This document shows, piece by piece, positions 58,896 through 64,000 of a stretch of 64,000 nucleotides of DNA. Positions within the stretch are counted from its first letter, which is position 1; the number at the start of each line of letters is the position of its first letter. Under the pieces are notes generated by a model, which worked only from the letters and a program-made list of their open reading frames with translations, made no database searches and was not told the origin of the DNA. The position numbers were made by a program, and so were the translations under genes. The DNA comes from Escherichia coli (GTDB lineage: Bacteria > Pseudomonadota > Gammaproteobacteria > Enterobacterales > Enterobacteriaceae): NCBI RefSeq assembly GCF_044324785.1, contig NZ_CP172127.1. The stretch is one strand, 5' to 3'.

Positions 58896-59264
58896 TTGGG
58901 AATGATAAATAAAATAGTGAAAAAAATGTTGGTTTCATATAGCCCTAAGAAACCGGAGTCTAGGGGCGGGGATTTTGTTATTCCGTTGTTTTTTAATGAG
59001 AAAGTTTCTTTTTTTAGCATAAAAAGTGGCAAGCCAGTGCGATATGGTCTTATGGTATTTACAGGGAAAGTAATTACCATAGATGATATTCTTAGTAAAG
59101 TTCGTTTTCCTGATGTTATGAATGAGCAAAATATTCAACCGTTAATTGACTTTATTAATAACATTAGCGATTTTAAAATAGGGGATGTTATTGAAATTGA
59201 TGATAATGGTAAATTGAAAGTTGTGCCAAAATCAGCAGGACACCCTGTGAGTAAATTGCCATGA
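58896..59264 (+). CDS. Hypothetical protein, about 120 aa, candidate orphan immunity protein
   Basis: AT-rich ORF (ATG at 58902); its stop lies about 20 bp before orphan rhs homology begins, in the same frame. Confidence 0.45.
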   Translation: MGMINKIVKKMLVSYSPKKPESRGGDFVIPLFFNEKVSFFSIKSGKPVRYGLMVFTGKVITIDDILSKVRFPDVMNEQNIQPLIDFINNISDFKIGDVIEIDDNGKLKVVPKSAGHPVSKLP

Positions 59265-59284
59265 TACTTAAGGGGCCTGATTTT

Positions 59285-62051
59285 CTGTTTTTGCCAGTGG
59301 GACGAATACCATCACCTGCTGGCGAGGCTGTCTCCGGCAGGACGGCTGGAAAAGTTTGACTATCATCTGACACTCGGTCAGTTAAGCCGTTACACGGCGG
59401 CAGACGGCGCGGAGTGGCAGTACCGCTATGATGAGCGCGGCCTGCTCAGCAACATCACCGACCCTGCCGGGCAGACGTGGACACAGCAGTGCGATGAACG
59501 CGGCCTGCCGGTGAGTCTGGTGTCGCCACAGGGCGAAGAGACCCGGCTGGCGTACACCGCTCAGGGGCTGCTGTCGGGGATATTCCGCCAGGATGAACGG
59601 CGTCTGGGCATAGAGTACGACCACCACAACCGGCCGGAAACACTCACCGACGTGATGGGCCGTGAACACCACACCGAATACAGCGGTCACGACCTGCCGG
59701 TGAAGATGCGCGGCCCCGGCGGTCAGTCAGTGCGCTTACAGTGGCAGCAGCACCATAAACTGAGCGGCATTGAACGTGCTGGAACCGGCGCGGAAGGATT
59801 TCGCTATGACCGCCACGGCAACCTGCTGGCCTGGACGGACGGCAACGGTGTTGACTGGACAATGGAATACGGCCCGTTTGATTTGCCGGTGGCGCGAACG
59901 GACGGTGAAGGCCACCGCTGGCAGTACCGCTACGATAAAGACACGCTGCAACTGACAGAAGTCATCAATCCGCAGGGCGAGTCATACCGTTATATTCTCG
60001 ACAACTGTGGGCGGGTGACGGAAGAGCATGACTGGGGCGGCGTGGTCTGGCGTTACCGCTATGACGCCGATGGTCTGTGTACCGCCAGGGTTAACGGCCT
60101 GGAGGAAACCATCCTCTACAGCCGGGACGCCGCAGGCCGCCTGGCAGAAGTCATCACCCCGGAAGGGAAAACGCAGTATGCGTATGACAAATCCGGCAGG
60201 CTGACGGGTATCTTCAGCCCGGACGGCACATCACAGCGCACCGGCTACGACGAACGCGGGCGGGTGAATGTCACCACTCAGGGCCGACGGGCCATTGAAT
60301 ACCACCACCCCGATGAACACACCGTCATCCGCTGTATCCTGCCACCGGAAGATGAACGCGACAGACACCCCGGTGAATCCCTGCTGAAAACCACCTACCG
60401 CTACAACGCCGCCGGAGAACTGACGGAGGTTATCCTGCCGGGGGATGAGACGCTGACGTTCAGCCGTGATGAGGCAGGACGTGAAGTGCTCCGGCACAGT
60501 AACCGGGGTTTTGCCTGTGAACAGGGCTGGAATGCAGCCGGTCAGCTTACCAGCCAGCGCGCCGGATTTTTCCCGGCGGAAGCCACATGGGGCGGACTGC
60601 TCCCCTCACTGGTGCGGGAGTACCGTTACGACAGCGCGGGCAATGTGTCGGCTGTCACCAGCCGGGAAGACTACGGACGGGAAACACGGCGGGAGTACCG
60701 GCTGGACCGGAACGGCCAGGTCACAACGGTGACAGCCTCAGGCACCGGGCTGGGCTATGGCGAAGGCGACGAGACTTATGGCTATGACAGCTGCGGCTAC
60801 CTGAAGGCGCAGTCTGCGGGCAGGCACCGGATAAGTGAAGAGACTGACCAGTATGCCGGAGGCCACCGGCTGAAACAGGCCGGAAACACGCAGTATGACT
60901 ATGACGCCGCAGGCCGGATGGTCAGCCGCACCAGACACCGTGACGGCTACCGCCCGGAAACAGAGCGGTTCCGGTGGGACAGCCGGGACCAGCTGACCGG
61001 GTATTGCAGCGCACAGGGGGAGCAGTGGGAATACCGCCACGACGCCAGCGGCAGGCGGACGGAAAAACGCTGCGACCGGAAGAAAATCCGTTTTACGTAC
61101 CTGTGGGACGGCGACAATATTGCGGAAATCCGGGAATACCGCGATGATAAACTGTACAGCGTACGGCACCTGGTGTTTAACGGCTTTGAGCTGGTAAGCC
61201 AGCAGTGCAGCCGGGTACGGCAGGCGCATCCGTCCGTGGCCCCGCAGTGGGTGACGCGAACGAATTATGCGGTGAGCGACCTGACAGGCCGCCCGCTGAT
61301 GCTCTTTAACAGTGAAGGTAAAACCGTCTGGCGGCCGGGACAGACCAGCCTGTGGGGGCTGGCACTCAGCCTGCCCGCAGACACCGACTACCCGGACCCG
61401 CGCGGGGAGCTGGACCCGGAAGCCGACCCCGGCCTGCTGTATGCAGGACAGTGGCAGGATACGGAATCAGGGCTGTGCTATAACCGGTTCCGGTACTACG
61501 AGCCGGAAACCGGAATGTACCTGGTGAGTGATCCGCTGGGGTTGCAGGGGGGTGAGCAGACTTACCGGTATGTGCCGAATCCTTTAAGATATAAAGATTT
61601 CTATGGGCTTAGTAAGAGTTCAATAATAACGAGAGGAAAGAATGCTGGTCATGGCTATGCAGCCAGCGTTACACCTGGAGGCAAAGGTACGGTGTTGGCT
61701 GGTCACGGAGGATCAAAATTTGGCGATAAAATGATTATACCAGAAGGCGTATCGATAACGATGCCGAGAGATGGTATTAAAATATCAGATATGACTGGAA
61801 AATTACTGGAATCTGGTAATGTGGATGATATAATTAAAGCTGCAAGTAATAATCCTCGTGTAGCTAGCGATCTTGAAGGTTGGGTTACTTATTTGCCCGG
61901 CACTGAAATCCCTGATTATATTTTAAAACCACCCACCAATCTTAACATACTGGAAAATTCAGTAACGGTGAACACTTCAACTTATTTATCTCAAATGGTA
62001 AATGCTGGTCAAGGTAATGTAATCTGGGCTGCATGCACCGAATTTTTTTAA
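59285..62051 (+). CDS. Orphan rhs C-terminal cassette (Rhs core repeats plus alternative toxin domain); no canonical ATG, first in-frame start is GTG at 59511
   Basis: Near-identical to the main rhs from about aa 700 onward, then diverges at a degenerate PNPLRYKDFYGL motif into a distinct roughly 147-aa AT-rich C-terminus. Confidence 0.8.
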
Positions 62052-62065
62052 CGCGGGGTAATCGT

Positions 62066-62548
62066 ATGTATTTTAAAGATGATACTGACTATACATATTT
62101 CCTTCCTAATGAATATTTTTTACACGGGGTGAAAAATGTGGGCTGGATAGACAGAGAACACCCCTTCACAAAAGGGATTAGTGACGCTGAATTTATTGAA
62201 AAGTTAAAAGCAATAATTCTAACAGAGAATGAAGCAACTTGTTTTTCAGTTAATAAAATAAGAGGATTTCACAAATGTAATTTTTGCAATAGTGAAATGA
62301 TAACAATAACCGATGGAAGAAAAAAAGGATACCTTGGCATGAGTGAAATATGGATTCCATCCATCCACCATAATGAGTATTACGCGTTTCCTTCATTAAT
62401 TTTCCATTATATAACATCTCACATGTATAGACCACCAGAGGACTTTATTGTATCTGTTTTAAACTTGAATTTAAGCGAGAGTTTTTGCGCTCAAAACATA
62501 TATGACAATAAAATTAAGGAATTAAAAATAGACTTCTGGTTTCGTTAA
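62066..62548 (+). CDS. Putative immunity protein for the orphan Rhs toxin, 160 aa
   Basis: ORF-track frame 62033..62548; ATG at 62066 just after the orphan toxin stop; AT-rich, Cys/His-containing. Confidence 0.6.
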   Translation: MYFKDDTDYTYFLPNEYFLHGVKNVGWIDREHPFTKGISDAEFIEKLKAIILTENEATCFSVNKIRGFHKCNFCNSEMITITDGRKKGYLGMSEIWIPSIHHNEYYAFPSLIFHYITSHMYRPPEDFIVSVLNLNLSESFCAQNIYDNKIKELKIDFWFR

Positions 62549-62559
62549 AGCTGGTAATT

Positions 62560-62917
62560 TAACTTATCGGGAATACCGCTATGATGGCAGTTTCAGACGG
62601 ACGGAGAAATGCTGTCAGCAAAAAGACTTCCGCTTCGCGTATCTGTGGGGCATGGGGATAATTTATCTTCATCAATTGATATATTGATTAATGGCAAGGA
62701 GGCCATTGAAATTCCGTAAGGCCAACTTGATATGACGCCTGGCACACAGCCCCGGTGACCGGATGTATATGCTGGGCGGGATGAGCGACACCGCCAGCAA
62801 CCGCATCACGTTTGAGCGCGACAGCCAGTACCGGATCACGGGTGTCAGTCACACCGACGGGATCCGGCTTAAACTGACGTACCACGCCAGCGGCTACCTG
62901 AAAGCCATTCACCGCAG
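62560..62917 (+). pseudogene. Degenerate rhs core fragments (one matching about 55270-55380, one matching 53038-53214 of the main rhs)
   Basis: Two short stretches of rhs homology, the first degenerate, the second truncated by the H-repeat insertion at 62915. Confidence 0.7.
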
Positions 62918-64000
62918 GGAAAGATCACGTAACGCTGCTTTTTTGTACTAAGCAATTCGCATTTTATGTTCAGTATTTGAGATACTCCTTATAACACAAA
63001 CCTGTTTTTCATAGCTTATATATGTAGGAAAAGATCACGTAACGCTCCTTTTTTGTACTAAATAATTCGCATTTTATGTTTAAAAATTGAGATATTCCTC
63101 ATTACCTAAAGCTGTTTTTTATTGCTTACACATGATCAAATACTCCTTACATAATTAAGGATAACAAAATGTAACTTAAAAAATTGATGGAACATATTTC
63201 TATTATCCCCGATTACAGACAAGCCTGGAAAGTGGAACATAAATTATCGGATATTCTACTGTTGACTATTTGTGCCGTTATTTCGGGTGCAGAAGGTTGG
63301 GAAGATATAGAGGATTTTGGGGAAACACATCTCGATTTTTTAAAACAATATGGTGATTTTGAAAATGGTATTCCTGTTCACGATACCATTGCCAGAGTTG
63401 TATCCTGTATCAGCCCTGCAAAATTTCACGAGTGCTTTATTAACTGGATGCGAGATTGCCATACTTCAGATGATAAAGACGTCATCGCAATTGATGGAAA
63501 AACACTCCGGCATTCTTATGGCAAGAGTCGCCGCAGGGGAGCGATTCATGTCATTAGTGCGTTCTCAACAATGCACAGTCTGGTCATCGGACAGATCAGG
63601 ACGGATGAGAAATCCAATGAAATTACAGCTATCCCTGAACTTCTTAACATGCTGGATATTAAAGGAAAAATCATCACAACTGATGCAATGGGTTGCCAGA
63701 AAGATATTGCAGAGAAGATACAAAAACAGGGCGGTGATTATTTATTCGCTGTAAAAGGAAATCAGGGGCGGCTTAATAAAGCCTTTGAGGAAAAATTTCC
63801 ACTGAAAGAATTAAATAATCCAGAGCATGACAGTTACGCCATTAGTGAAAAGAGTCACGACAGAGAAGAAATCCGTCTTCATATTGTTTGCGATGTCCCT
63901 GATGAACTTATTGATTTCACGTTTGAATGGAAAGGACTGAAGAAATTATGCGTGGCAGTCTCCTTTCGGTCAATAATAGCAGAACAAAAGAAAGAGCCAG
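62915..64000 (+). mobile_element. Second H-repeat (ISAs1-family) element, partial (runs off the window); 5' end carries a degenerate about 110-bp duplicate of the IS left end
   Basis: cagggaaagatcacgtaacgctgc... repeated at 62915 and again (ggaaaagatcacgtaacgctcc...) at 63027; the rest is near-identical to the first copy. Confidence 0.8.
63197..64000 (+). CDS. ISAs1-family transposase, second copy, partial at window end; ancestral start codon is followed by TAA (ATG TAA) so translation could only begin at the Met7-equivalent
   Basis: aaaatgtaacttaaaaaattgatggaacat versus aaaatggaacttaaaaaattgatggaacat in copy 1; downstream frame intact to the window end. Confidence 0.6.

Overview
This window reads as an Escherichia coli chromosomal segment, in reverse orientation relative to K-12 numbering, identified by recollection of K-12 protein sequences and gene order rather than by any search. 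Core genes in order: rna (3' end), rnk, uspG, ahpF/ahpC, dsbG, ybdO-ybdN-ybdM, ybdL, ybdH, ybdD, cstA, the complete enterobactin cluster (entH-entA-entB-entE-entC, fepB, entS, fepDGC, fepE, entF, ybdZ, fes, fepA, entD), a tandemly duplicated hok/sok locus, ybdK-ybdJ-ybdF, nfsB, ybdG, pheP, cusCFBA and cusRS. After cusS an AT-rich junction opens an Rhs accessory element: vgrG, a DUF1795 (Eag-type) chaperone, a prePAAR/PAAR-Rhs effector whose C-terminal toxin carries a nucleotidyltransferase-like GS...DxD motif, an overlapping immunity gene, two H-repeat (ISAs1-family) insertion sequences, and an orphan rhs-CT/immunity cassette with a different, unassigned toxin. The most interesting candidates are the Rhs toxin/immunity pairs, the poorly understood ybdN-ybdM (PP-loop plus ParB-like) pair, and the hok/sok tandem duplication. 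No rRNA, tRNA or CRISPR array was seen. Regulatory sites (Fur boxes, CusR box, terminators) were called by eye from motif and hairpin structure.
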